NCBI GenBank assembly: GCA_050084985.1
Contig: JBITNC010000001.1
Span: 180,854,001 to 180,918,000, forward strand
Source of the DNA: Nageia nagi
Taxonomy: Eukaryota; Plantae; Pinophyta
DNA length: 64,000 nt
Direction of reading: 5' to 3'
Made by a program: the position numbers and the translations under genes
Notes under the pieces: model-generated
What the model saw: the letters and a program-made list of their open reading frames with translations, nothing else
Told to the model about the DNA's origin: nothing
Databases searched by the model: none
Shown here: piece after piece, positions 1 through 13,919 of the stretch
How the letters are laid out: each line of letters begins with the position of its first letter
Numbering within the stretch: the first letter of the stretch is position 1

Positions 1-684
1 TCCAAAAACATGTATTTATACAAAAATCAAAATTTTGCACATGCCTTTATTTTGATAAAGTTTAATAATTTGTAATGTCATCTTTTTTTCATGTAACTTC
101 TATCATATGCACCTATTTTGAACAAGCAAAAATAGAAACCAGTCTAGGACTTGAATCGCTTGCCAATTTTCTATAAATCACGTTGTGATCAACATGTATT
201 TAATATAAACAATCATGAAAAATAGAACATGATCAATTTAACTATGAATACATAAGGTAAAAATTCAATATTGTTCTATTTACCATTTATGACCATCATG
301 CATTGAATCATTCGATAATTTCACAGTTTGGACATCGTTATCAGCATGGAATTGGCAAAATAGGTTTTCAAAAAAAATTACATAATTGAAATCAGGTTTT
401 CCCCACATAACTCACCACTTTATAAGCACTATTATTGAAATTTCAAAAGTGATTCATTTAGGCTAGGGTTTAGTGCAAAATTGAATAAAAAGAGGGTTAA
501 TCGTTGGCATTTGTCACTTCAATCTTGTCATTTTCCTATCTAATGTTTTCTAGCAAAGACTATGACTCTTCTTTTGAGCTTAACATTGATCGTCTTCTCT
601 CTACCATTGATTTTCTATTTGATTGATTTTATTACCTATGATCTCATTTCCCTAGCCATTTGATTTGCTCACTTTCTAGCTAAG

Positions 685-2880
685 ATGGCTAAAGATGGAT
701 GGCATGCAATAGAGAGGCCTTTGACTCGATGAGAAGGACATATTGTTGAGTATCTTTGTAGTCTTCCTTTTAACCATGTGGTAAGTTTTTATCCTTTCAT
801 TTTCTATTTCTTTTTCATTTTCTTACTTCCAAATTTACCATATTTCATCCATTGTGAAACCTAAGGCCTTCCTTTTTTTACCATTTTACCTTCTATTTTC
901 CCCTAGTAAGGTCATTTGACATTTTATTTTCATTATTCCCTTGATTTTCATAGTCTTTTATAGTCATTTTGCTTTTTATGTTCATATAGCTTTTGGGAAG
1001 GTGTAATTTTGAGTGATTTTTATTTGATAAACTCTTATTTTCCATTTCATTCATGCCATCAAGCTAATTTTACTTGTATTATGTTATACTTTCATCTTTA
1101 TTATGGTTATAACTTGAGTTCTCACTATTACTAATATGAATTTCAATTTTTGAATTTTGTAGGAATGCAAGATAACCATTAAGGATGGAGCCATGTCTAC
1201 TGCATCATTAGATAAAGCTAGGGAGGGCCCAAATCATTTGAAGAGGATGATATCCTCATGAGGTCGAGATTATATGATCTTGTTATGGTCGATCATGTCT
1301 AAATGACCTCCCTCTTATTACATTATTGGTTAAGTGTTGGGACTTGGATACCAACACCTTTCACTTACCCCTAGGTGAAATGACCATTACATTACTTGAT
1401 GTAGTGTGGATATGGGATGTGCCTCTTTGTGGGCAGTTGGTTCAACAATTGAAGTATTATATAATGAAACCAGATAGAGATATGCAAGGTGGATCATGGG
1501 AGAGGAAGATCATGATTGGGAGCATAGGGCCTCCTACAAAGCATGCAAGAATGTAGCTCCTTTTAGACACTTGAGAATCCTTATTCCTCAGTTATTGCTA
1601 CCTATCTTTGCCGAGATAAGAGAAGCTCTTCTTTTCCATTGGGTATGGTTTGTATCATGTAGGATATTTATTCCAAGGGTGCATGGTATGCTATATAGGG
1701 ACATGCATAATTTTGTATTTGTGGATAATTTCCACATTACTATTGCACATGCAAGTTTGTTGCAATTATTGGCCTATGAGAAGATCTCCATGATCATGAG
1801 TGGGACTCTAGAGAGCTAAGGAGGACCCTACAAACATAGCTATCTCATGCTAGGTTTCTAGATTTCATGGATATAGATATCCATGTTCACTAGAGGCTAG
1901 GCGATGAGAGATAAACAGGCTACAACCAGAGGATCTAGTATGGGTTTCCTATTCTAATTACACATGGGACAAGGATGCACATCAGTTGGCATGGGTGAGA
2001 TAGCCATGCCTCCTTTAAACCAGAAGGAAGCTTATGGAGCAATGCTTATCGCAACATGTGTTGAGATAGGTTGGTATTTAGTAAGGTATTACCCTACCCC
2101 TATATACTACATGAGACAAAGAGTGGAGAGGGATGTCCCACAAGGGGTACAAATTATACCCTCATGGATTACAACATGGTAGGAGGAGGATGATGTGGAG
2201 ATGGTTGTTGCTCCCTTGGAAGACTCTTGTGATGAGGATGAGCAGAATGTAGAAAACCCAATGCATGATATTCCTATGTAGGAGCAACCATCTATCCCAA
2301 CACCAAGGTTAGAGGCATTAGTTGAAGCCCTACCACTTGTTTCAGTAGGTAAAATTCTATTACACACTTGTAGGTTTATGAAATTTTTTATTTTTTATTA
2401 ACATACTATAACTAACTAACTTATAACTTATAAGTATTTTATAGGAGATATGACCACTCAAATCATTGCCCTAGAGGCAAAGATTGAGAAACTAAAGACC
2501 TTTGAGGCTATAGTTTTTGGTCTACAGCCATAGCTTTTGACTCTTTAGTCCATAGTTGCAATGAGGGATGCTTAAATAACATCCATGGATTAGACAGTAA
2601 AGAGATTGTAGGAGAGAGTTGAAATACCCCCACCAAATGAGCAATGGACATTTATACAACAATTGATGGATAAGATAGAGAAACATGATAAGTACATCAT
2701 TACACTAAGGAGTAAATATGAGAGAGCTAAGGAAATAATGGCCTCTTATGGTATTAGTTCTAGTGAGGTGTCAGGGTGGGATGTCATTTTTTGGAAAAAG
2801 TAGTGGTAGGAGGAGGGTAGCTAGGCCTAGTGAGGCACGTAGTAGTGGCAGTAGTGCATGCCACTAGATTGTATGATGAT
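685..2880 (+). pseudogene. Decayed plant mobile domain (PMD, MAIN/MAIL-like) gene, copy 1, three apparent exons
   Basis: ORF 1326-1556 reads VKCWDLDTNTFHLPLGEMTITLLDV, the PMD hallmark LVERWxxETxTFHLPxGEMTITLxDV. Apparent introns 781-1162 (GTAAGT...TTGTAG) and 2349-2444 (GTAAAA...CTAAC...ATAG). Acidic stretch and coiled-coil-like last exon; many stops and frameshifts. Outer limits approximate. Confidence 0.75.
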
Positions 2881-3899
2881 ATATGGTTCCACCCTTTTGA
2901 TTATTATATATATGACCTTATTTGGATCCTAATCCTATGTATACTATTGAATGCATGCTCAATTTTTTACATTTTGTATTTGAATAAATGGTTTACTTGC
3001 TTATATAGTTGTACCTATATAATTTGCAATATGAATTTAAAAGTACAAGTTTCAAAGTTGTAAGTAACAAGCCATATATACCACTTCACATTTTCATTTG
3101 CAACTTCATCACATATTTTCACAAAATAACAATTTGACCCATGAAATGAATGTAAGTGAATAACAAACCTAATGAATACATCCATAGCAATTTATAACCA
3201 ATATTCAATTTATTTGATTCAAACTCACAAAATGAACTAAATATATGATTGCCTATTTGCAATATACAAACAATCATGAACCTAAGCAATTTTTTATATT
3301 TTAATGAGTTCAAAACCCTATGACATGTCCCTAAGACATCTTAGCACACCTTAAAGAAATAGCATATACTATCTAATTTTGTTTTGATTTAATAGACACA
3401 TGCTATTAACAGCATGTAAATAGTCACACGCTATTAACAACATGGGTTTTGAAGAATTTTCAGAAAAAAAATATATAAGGGAAATGAATAGAATTTACCT
3501 ATAACACAAATAAAACCATCAGATGACCACTATGATAATGAAAAATACACATTTGACCATTTAGCAAAGAACCTACTTATGGTACACTACAATTTTCAAT
3601 TTTTTAAATTCAAGCAATGAATCTACATGCATGGGATGCTTTAACAACCCATATGCATTTTGCAGACCCAGGTACAAAAAATGTGTCTTTCTGGTAGTAT
3701 AATTTACATTATTAATAGCATGTAGATAGTCTTACACATCGTTAGTAGTGTTCTTTCTATAAGTTTCATCGTTGTGTTTTATTTTCTCTTCATTATAGCT
3801 CTTACTTTCTTATTGTTGATATTCTTTGCATTCATTTATGTTAGAGAAATAATAGTTCATAAAATGCTAAGTAATTATCGAATAAATGAAGCCTTTTGG

Positions 3900-6350
3900 T
3901 TATTGAGTTCTCTTTGGTAAAGGGTTCATAAATATCTTCGATTATCCATTATCAAGATGTACAAGTCCTTCTGCTTTAGGATTATCATCCATCCAAATTG
4001 CTTTCTTGTCAATAAAATTCTGAATGATATTTCTTAACACCTTACAATTTTTTGTTAGGTGCCTTGGTATCCTATGGTAAATATAAAATTCTTCAAATCT
4101 ATAATTTTCAAGAACATCATTAGGAAAGTGATGTTGAACCATTGGTAGAAGCTCAATAAGATCTTCTTTAATAGCACATTAAGAATGTTATCAATAGTAT
4201 CAGTTAGCTTAGTAAACTTCTTTTATGGTCTAGTATTTTTTTCTTGTCAATATTAGTTGTAGCAACTTCTAATTTCTCCTTCTTTTTATATACTTGAGGT
4301 TTTTCTTTATTTTCATACATTTGAGATTTTTGATAATGTTTCTTATAAGTTTTCTTGATACAATCTTCCTTTTTAAGCAAAGTATCTTTCATTTTAGCTA
4401 ATGTCAATCCATTAATAGATACAACCTATTTTTTATACATAGGTAACAAAGCATTTGCAAAAGTATTCTTTAAATATTGCTCAAGGACATAGATTTTATT
4501 TGTAGTTTGTTTTAATACTTTCACAAAACTAGACATGGATTGATTAGGTAATTGCTTAATTTTACACAAATCTTTGAATTGAATTTTTTCTAAGATATTA
4601 TATCTAAAAATTTTCAAAATTTTATGAACCAAATCCTCATACTTATCAATACTCTTTTTAGGAAGACTAAAGTTTCATTTTAATGCATCATCTTTCAAGC
4701 TACTTGAAAATAATTTTGCAAGCATATCTCTATCATGAACATATTTAATAACTACCTCTTGAAATTTTCTAACATACATATTTGGATCTTGTAAATCATC
4801 AAATTTTCTAAATTTCACACTCTTTTTACCAACAAACAACTTATAAATAATTTATCAATCAATGGATGCTTTAAGCAACATAAGAAATCATCTTCATCAT
4901 CCTTATATATATCTTTTTCTAAGTTCTCAATCCTTTTCTTAATTATCTTTACATTATTTGGCACTATAAGAGGTTGCTTTGGTTGTTGGTTTTGCACTAT
5001 AGGCTTATTCCCTATAAGTATATTGGTCTTTAGGGTTGGTGGTGGGGTTTGTGGTGGTGCATTGCTATTTGGAGAGGTTGGTTTATGTGTTTTTTCTCTT
5101 CTAAGTTCATCCTCTTTTAGTGGCACAAATGGTCCAATCCTATGTATTCTTTTGTGTTTAAGTTTATCAATAAATTCCAACATAAACTCTAATTATTGAA
5201 CATCATTAGAATTTTGAAAGTAATCAATTCCTTAAGCTTGTAAAATAGAAACAACCTTTAATATCAAGCTCTTCTTTGACCAATTAAGGTCATGTACATA
5301 AGCATTGTTAACTATAGTTGAAACTTGGCTGGCAACATTTTCTGTAGTTTAATCATTAAACAAAATGTTCTTACCTTTGTCCCTATTAGAACCTTCAAGA
5401 ATCATACTTGGATTATGATCTTCAAATTGGTTTACTAAGGTTTCATAATTCCCTTCACTCTCCTCACCAGCATCCTCAACGATCACCTCTTTCATAGGTT
5501 CAGGATCCTTTGCTTCCACATTGTTAACACTGTGCATACATTCCATGTCATTAATGATATTTTTCTTGATGGTAGGAGCCCTTTGTTTTACTGATCCTAC
5601 ATTTTAATAAGAAAATAAACTATCTAAGGATTATGCAATTGCATGATCCACTTCTAATAACTTATAATTTGTTAGGATATCTATAACCTCTTTAGGATTG
5701 TTAGTAAGACAATACTCCAACTTTTCCTTATTAAATAGCAATTCCTTTATTGATGTAACATGGATAGGAATTCTATCTAATTCTTTAATTTGAACATCAC
5801 TATCAAAAGTATCTCATGGCTTCCTAAACTCACAATATCAAAATCATAATCATTGAAATATATATTGAAAGACATATTAAACTTATTAGGGGTTTGTTCA
5901 ATAATATCTGTTCTTTTGTTAGAATTTGTATATTCAATATCATTATCCTTATCATTATCCATTCTATCATTGGGATTAGGCTCCTGCATTTGTATAAGTA
6001 AATCAGGATTAACCATAACAATTCTCCTAATCTCATTAGAATAGACCTTACTTATATAAAGCCTAGGTTGCTCTTTATTCAAATTCATCTTTGGAACATA
6101 GAAAAAACAAACCCTAGTTTTATCATTTTCTCAAGCCAATGCTCTAAGCACCTCGGATAAGGGAAGAGATAATAACATGAACAGATTCATAACTTCTACA
6201 AATGGATTCCCTAGAATGGAATCTAGGTATGTATGAATGTTAGGTACATCAAAATGTAGACCCTAAATTGTGTAAGATATGAATATACATAATAAATAAA
6301 ATGATCTACGATATAAGAAGATCTAGATATGTACATTATATCAAATACAA
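3900..6350 (-). mobile_element. Ty3/gypsy (Tat/Ogre-like) gag region remnant
   Basis: Minus-strand fragments KFRKFDD..DP, MLAKLFSSSLKDDAL, LPKKSIDKYEDLVHK...RYNI...DLCKIKQ (retrotransposon gag) and YHRIPRHLTKNCKVLRNIIQNFID (degenerate CxxHxxxxHxxxxC knuckle of Tat/Ogre gag). Upstream acidic N-terminal part at 5777-6088. Confidence 0.7.
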
Positions 6351-8169
6351 CAATAATACATGAAAAGGATGCACTTAATATGAAATATATATGCAATCCT
6401 CAAAAGTAAATTGCAATGGATCTTTGGAGGATTATGATCGGATTGGAGGTAAGCTTGCAATGGATCTTTGTATGCATGGATCAATAGCCTTTGCCATCAA
6501 AATTTGAAACCCTTGATCCCCAAGATGCACGTGGTTAATAGCATTGAATAGGAAGAATTATAGAGTGAGTGAAAGATAAAAAGTTTCAAAGATTAGAGTA
6601 TAAAAATTTCTCATAATAGGTGGCATCTAAGGAAATTGTTGCTTGATGAAGATTGCGAGAGACAACCACTTATCAAAGATTTTGTCATATCAAAGAGTTC
6701 CAATTTGTGGAGGTCAACCTATTCCATTCGCATGTATAACTTATAAAGACATGGAGAGGACTAAATATTGATCCATAACAATAATATAAAACTTTATTGT
6801 ATTCAAGAAAAATTGAAATATGAACCATAGAATATGACATTGCATTGGCCCTAGCATATTGTAATATCAACTTTATATTAACATTTGTAATATTGCAATA
6901 AATCATTTAGGAAGTCTAAATATGATTTATTAAATAAATAATAAATCATTTTTAAGCATTTACATTTTTTTCCTCTTTGGATATGAAATGAAGAGCATTG
7001 AAATTGCATAATCCAAAGAAGTTTAAGAGAAGTGAAAAATTTTCAAAGTCAAAGTGAACTTTTCTTTCATAATTGGTATGTTAAGTATGATATCTCATTT
7101 ACCCCCTTTTAGTCTTAGATTTCCCCTCGTAGTAGCTTCTATGGGGTAATCAAGACAAAATGGCATCCTATGTGTGGAGGAATTCACTAGGTACAGTGGA
7201 GGTCCTACTTTCTGGGATGATCTATGGAAATGAAGGAAAGAATACCTACGTAGATAACATCCATGGAAATAATATTCAAATTAAAGAGCAAGGATGAAAT
7301 TAATATATCGTTCATCATTACACTATTGTTGTTACAACTCATAGCCTATAAGCATCAAGCTGATGAGATGAAGATATGTCCCAAGTTTGGAGGAGATACT
7401 ATGATCACATTGACTTGTAATTTTGACAATTGTGCTCATGGGTTTGCCATGGTTTGGAACTTTTTGATTTCCTTAATAAAATATGCATTCTTTTGAAAAT
7501 CATTCATAAGAGTAATATATGCAATGTTCACATTATATACAAGATATTCAAAGAGATAATGGCCTTGATTAATCAATTACAACATATTTTGCAATGGAAT
7601 TCATGAAGTTTTTATGGTGTTGATGCCCTGAAGATAATTCTAGCATGTTATGGGTGCTTTGATTTCCAAAGAATAAACAAAACTAGTCTTCTACAACCTT
7701 GATCGTAATCATCTCTAGGAGACATATTTGTGGAATAATCGCATTTTTAGATAAAAATACATGGGAATATTCATGATGCCCCTTTAAGTTCAAATAAAAT
7801 GTAAAATCAAGTTGTGGACATCCTGAAATTTGCAAAATTGGTTTTTCAAAAAGAAATCTAATGAAGACAACATAATTTATTATGTAAAAAAATGTTGAAA
7901 TTGAATATTGCATGCACCATTTCGTGAATTTTTAAAAAGTGATGCATACCTTAGGGTTTTAGATGAATTTCATAAAAAGGAAAAGTTGATGTGGATTTGT
8001 CATTTTCATTATGCTTCCTCTACCTACTTGGACTATTCCTATCATTTTATTTCCTACTTATTCACTAACGAGGAGCTGTTGACCATTTTCTTATGCATCT
8101 TTGGTGAAGTGGGCCCTTACAGATTTTGTTTGATTATCAATTTCACTTCTTTACTGGTGACATTATAGA

Positions 8170-10560
8170 TTGACGAGAAATTGAGAGGCATTTGGTGAGA
8201 CAATGTGACCATGTAGCCGATCATGTGATAGGTTAACTTTACTCACTTCATGTTTTATTTTCATTCTTATCTTTCTATTGTTATGCTGCAAAACTTAGGG
8301 TTTGCTCAATATCCTACAAAATTGAACAAAATGGGGGGGGGGAGTTTTCACAGTTTTTAATTTATTTTAAAAGGTTTAACTAAATTGTTATTTCAAACCT
8401 AATTTTTCATAATTCATTTTAGGGAAGATGCAGGGGTTTTTTGTTTTGAATCTTGCTCTTTTTCCCATGCTTGATTTGCATTGGGGATTTATTTTTTCTA
8501 AATTTTATATTTTTTATTGTTGTTCTAAGTTCAATTTTTCATGCCCACATTTACCATGTATACGATGTTAGGTATTAGGGGAGGATTTTTGGATCTTTAT
8601 GCCTTGATCCTTCGATAAAAAATGTATGACAATTTCAGCATTGTGATGCTCCTCAACATATAGATAAAATTATTTTATTATGTTTGTCAACTTACATAAT
8701 ATAATACCAGCAAATTGCAATTGAGTGTAATAGGGATTAATTGGAAGAGTTGGGGATTAACAAGTTATGATCGAGTTTTTATATGTTATTTATCTTATAG
8801 GATCATAAGCACCTGATATGTGGGGGTCTTATGAAGCTAGAGGCCCTTGTGAGGTCTCGAGGTTGGATTCGATCCAACTGAGACAATGAGCTCTATGACT
8901 TGGCCATTATTGGCCATATTAAGATTAACTTTCCACTTCTCACAATATTGGTAGAGCGATAGGACTTGGATACCAATACCTTTCATCTCCCTACAAGCGA
9001 GATGATCTTGACCCTATTGGATGTTTATAGGATATGGCATGTAACCATCAACGGGAGGTTTATTTCACATACCTTGATTAGTGGGTAGTAGGAGAAGGAG
9101 ACATTATCTATTGGTTGATAAGCAATGACGATCATGATTGGGAACATTATGCAGATTATCTCCAAATAGCATGCTAGTATGACCTAGGGGTTGGAACCTT
9201 TGTTTGTTGGTTGCATCCATTATTATCGCATGATTGTGTCTAAATAAGAATAATTCAATGGTTGCACTTGGGTTGATTTGGATTGTCAGAGAAATCTATG
9301 TGAGACATATAACCTATGCATGGGGACCATGTATTTTGGCCCAGTTCTATTATGACTTACACCACATAGTTACAGTGGGTAAGTTCAATTTGATAGTGGC
9401 ATATGAATATTTATTATAGGTTTGGGCATATGAGCATATTGTTGCATTCAAGCCCGTTGGTCTTGCTTAGTATATGTGTGATGCTATGGATCATGTTATG
9501 TATTGTTGGGTGTCCATTTTAGGCTACTTTTGAGCACCTTATGATGTTGAGATAAGGTGGAGAGAGATTGATGGTCTCTAAGGTGAGGACATAGTGTGGG
9601 TGGCCTATTAAAACTATGCTTGAGATAAGGATGCCTACTAAAATGCATGGGTGAGGCAACATTACTTCTTGTAGATGAGGCGTAGACGGGTGGATTGACT
9701 TAGGATATTTCGGTGAGGGTTAAGTATTATTTAAGATAGAGACATGAGTCTAATTCCCCATAAGATTCATTAGTTAGGCCTGTGTGGAGTACATGGGAGG
9801 AGCCTATTGAGAGGGATGGAGAAATAATAATTTCTTTTGCCTCTAACGTAGTTTTGGGGTATGAGGCATGGTGGGTAGGCATCAAGCCTACCCCACTTGA
9901 GATATCAACCTCATATGAGGAGGATAGGATGGAGGTTTCTACTGAGGAGTCATCCAATGAGGATGGTGAGTACATGAAGATGCTTATTGAGGAGCCACCT
10001 CCTAATATACTCCAAATAGAGCCCCATGGTTCATGAACTCATGTACCCGGGATAGACCTATTTGCAGAGGCCATTCCATTAGTGCCATTAGGTATATTTT
10101 AAGTTTTGATTAATTTTAATTATATGGTTATATATTTTTATTAAATTATTGTGAACTTATGTTTATTTTATTACTTTTGCAAAAGACATGGTGTTAGAAT
10201 ATCCAACCTTAAGGATGAGATTTATAGCCTTCAATCATTTAAGGCTGAAGTTGATAGGTTGATGCCCATGAAGGTTAAGTTAGTGAGTTTGAGGAGCAAC
10301 ATGAGTGAGTTGTAGGATACCTTCGTTGAGAGGGATGCTCAGATTATTGTCCTTGAGCGAGATAATATGAGGATGCAGGAGGAGTTGGCTATGCCACCTC
10401 CTAATGAGTCTTGGGCATTTATGTCCAAGCAAATAAATATGGGAAGGACAAGGCACTCTTGGTAACCCATGGTATTATTTCCAATGGTATTTTAGGGTAA
10501 TTAAGCATGTTTATAGATAGTGGGGCTCGAAAGAGCCATAGGGTAGAGAGTGGCAATAGG
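8170..10560 (+). pseudogene. Decayed PMD gene, copy 2, paralogous to 685-2880
   Basis: About 8948-9055 translates LVER*DLDTNTFHLPTSEMILTLLDVYRIW; 9310-9430 gives YAWGPCILAQFYYDL...VWAYEHI. Same exon layout as copy 1 (acceptor at 8800, donor at 10092) and a shared C-terminal PPPNExWxF motif (about 10393 vs 2628). Confidence 0.75.
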
Positions 10561-11249
10561 GAAGCCACTCTTGAGACATGTATAAACTTATGTTGATGAT
10601 ATATATATTCATTTATTTTATTCAAAAATTTGTGTATGAATGTTTTAATTTTTATGTATGTATTAATTTCATTGATTTGCTCTTAAAGGGAAACATTTAG
10701 TACAAATCATAAATGAAATCATAACATAAATCATATAATATATAAATACAATCATAAACCTAATAACGAATTACTCATAATATATCATAAAAATATTTAC
10801 AAATATTTGACAACAAGATTGACCTTTAACAACATGCCTAAGTTTTTTATAATAAATGAACTTAAAACACTATAATGTATGCTTAAAACAACTTATTACA
10901 AAACACATAACTACACTAAATTTTTAGTTTCTTTTGTCCTATGAAACACACGATGTGGATGCCCTATGAACAATTATATGACATCCACATCTTAAAATTT
11001 TATAATTTTTTGAGAGAAATCTATGTCAAAATGAAGAACAACAATCCAGTAATATAATGAAGCATGTATAAAAATGTAAAAATGTGCAAAAATATAGAAC
11101 ATAGAAAACATAAAAAATACATTATAATACATGTTGCTTTCTAATTTTTTCAAATTTTAACCAATAATATGACATACCTGGGTAGTCTTAAGAACCCACT
11201 TATAGTTCATTGATGTAGGTACAAAGATTGGGATCGATTTGGGTGATGC

Positions 11250-11990
11250 ACATGTAATCTGATATGGTGTTCATATCTAATCCTCTTATATTGTAGATCA
11301 ATTTATTTATTATGTTTATTCATATTTGCACAATTTATGGTCTACATTTTGGTGAACCTGACATTCTTACAGATCTAGAATCTTTAATAGGGCATCTCTT
11401 CTTAGGAGCTATGAATCCATTTGCGCTTTTATCTCTTCCCTTACACAAGATACTTAGAATAATAGTTAGAGAAAATGATAAAACTAAGGTTTGTTCTACC
11501 TATGCTTCAAAGATGGATCTAAATGAAGAACAACCTAGGGTTTTTAAAAGTAAGGTCCATTTAAATGATATTAGGAGAAGCCTTAAGGTTAACCCTAATT
11601 TACCTTTGCAAGAATCTGATCCCAATGATAGAATGGATACTGATGAAGATAATGATACTGAATCTACAAGTTCTAGCAAAAGGATGGATATTATTTGACA
11701 AACTCCTAATAAGCTTAATATGTTTATAGATGATTACGATTTTGAAAATGTAAGTCTGGGAAGCCATGGTGATACTTCTGACAATGATGCTAAAATTGAA
11801 GAATTAGATAGAATTCCTAGCCATGTTAGATCAATAAAGGAATTGCTATCTAATACAAAAGAACTGGAGTATTATCTTACTAACAATTTTGATTAGTTTA
11901 TTGATATCTTAACACATTATGAATTGTTAGAAGCGGATCTTACAACATCATAATCCTTGAATAGTTTATTCTCTTATCAAAACTCAAATT
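11250..11990 (+). mobile_element. Second copy of the gypsy gag leader/N-terminus, inverted relative to 5610-6350
   Basis: MDLNEEQPRVFKSKVHLNDIRRSLKVNPNL...DPNDRMDTDEDNDTE aligns with minus-strand MNLNKEQPRLYISKVYSNEIRRIVMVNPDL...PNDRMDNDKDNDIE; the DNA is a diverged reverse complement. Confidence 0.75.
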
Positions 11991-12210
11991 AAAAAACCTT
12001 TGGGTTCACTTGAAGATTGAATGGACGATGGATGGAGCTAAAATCTTTTGAAGATCAATTGAAGACCAAAGTTCAAAATGATACCTTGTGTTCAATGTAA
12101 CTTATTAATTATAATTTTTGCAATAAAGAAGGTCATGTTATTTGTAAACTTTGTAATTTTTGTAACTTGTAAACCTCCAAAAGAACATAACATTTTGTCT
12201 ATATCATAGA

Positions 12211-12656
12211 TGTTCTAAAATGGAAATAAAGTGTTTGCTTAAAATATTCATTACGAGACTTATTGTATATATGATAATGCATTAACAAGATACTATCTAT
12301 AATATCTTATAAAGAGTACTAACAAGTGAGTTGGATGAGAGAATTGCAGTAGAGATTTGCATAGGTGTGAGAAATATGAGATGAGGTAATTCCTTATGAG
12401 AGAGTTTGACTTTGTAGTGAGGATTCCTTGTGTAACCAAAACAAAAGTACAACGATGTTGTTGTTCATTATATCTTTTGATGGCTTTAGATTGATTGGAA
12501 TAAAGGAATGGATATTCTCCATAGATGTAGCCCATATCGGGTGAACCATGTTACATGCTTATGTCTTCTCTTATGTGATTTTGTTTTGCTTAATTCTTCT
12601 TCTACTTTTGAGTAAATTAATTGCTTAACTTTATTTTTATATATTGAATCCTAACA
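12211..12656 (+). mobile_element. Possible old copia-type solo LTR
   Basis: TGTT...TAACA ends and a GATGTAGCCCA..GGGTGAACCATGTTA segment resembling plant copia LTRs. No TSD recognised; start uncertain. Confidence 0.35.
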
Positions 12657-13919
12657 AATACCTTTTCTAACAAAATCCCTAATTCATTTACATATTTTGA
12701 TATAAATAATTTAAAATTTTGTAAACAAAGATTCTTGATGAAAACATACATAAAACACTTATAATATAAAAAAGAATATAACAAACAAAGTTTATTAAAT
12801 TTATATTATGTAAAAATTAATTATATGATAAAATCTTAATTAACACACTATAATTCAATAATTATAAGTTGAAAAGAAATAACAAATAAGAGATAAACAA
12901 AAAATTACATTCAAATAATAATACGAAACAAATACAAAAATATAAAATAGATTATTATAAAGACACACATAAAATATAAAAATTTGTGAATTTGATCAAC
13001 AAAGAATAAGGTGAAATGAAAAATTATTTTATCAAAACAAAAAAAAGAAGTTTATTTTAGTATCGAGCTATAATATTCCCGTTTTACCTTTTCCTCTTCC
13101 AAAGGTATATAGGACCACCTTTATGTTGGCATTTCAATCGTTATTGGTATACAAGTGTTCCGATCCTTGGGAAGCCATGTCAATAAGGAATATTAAGTAG
13201 GAGTCTTCTCCGTGGCGGTGGCCTCAAAGGGTCAGATTTTGTGCTGAATGTGTACGAGTGTCCTTGCAAAACTTGCTAGCAATTTTCTTGATTCTTGTTT
13301 GATTTCGGGTTGATGTGCATTAGTTTCTTTGTTATAATTGCCAGATACTTAATTTCAAGAAGCAAAATCAAAATGCTATCTGAAAACACAGTTGTTTGCA
13401 GAGGCAAAGTTATGTTTAGGAATGTTGCATATATGTTTTTGGGCAAGGCTTGAGAATGTGTTAACCCAAGGAGGTAGTTTTATTGAGTTAAATTGGTTCT
13501 GTATTTTAGAAGGAAGAATAGAGGAGTAATAAACTGGTCAGTTTTAGTAGCACCCACTAATTTTGATTGGTACGTACGGTGATTTGAAAAGATTGGAATA
13601 ATCTTGAAGATGATTTAGACTTATCTGGAGAAACCCATAAACCTTTCTTGAAAGTAGCCCTTGCTTGTAGTAAAGTGAAGCTGTAAGCAAATGAAAAAGC
13701 AGAACCGGGGCTGTGAACTTGTGAGGTTTTAGCCTTAGATAGGAAAAGAACCTATTGAAATCCAACGTAAAATCACATAGCCGGAATAGGTTATCGAGGT
13801 TTTATGTTTTTTCAAAGAGTATTCATCAAGGGAAGAAATAATTTGTCTTGTTTGTGTTGTGGGTAAGTTGGAAATTGATTTTAGAAGGGTTGATTGATTG
13901 ACTAAGGGTTGAACCCGAA

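Noticed and set aside
13080-13919. Promoter and 5' UTR intron of the E1 gene
   Set aside because: Plausible, but no TSS or splice pair can be fixed from sequence alone.
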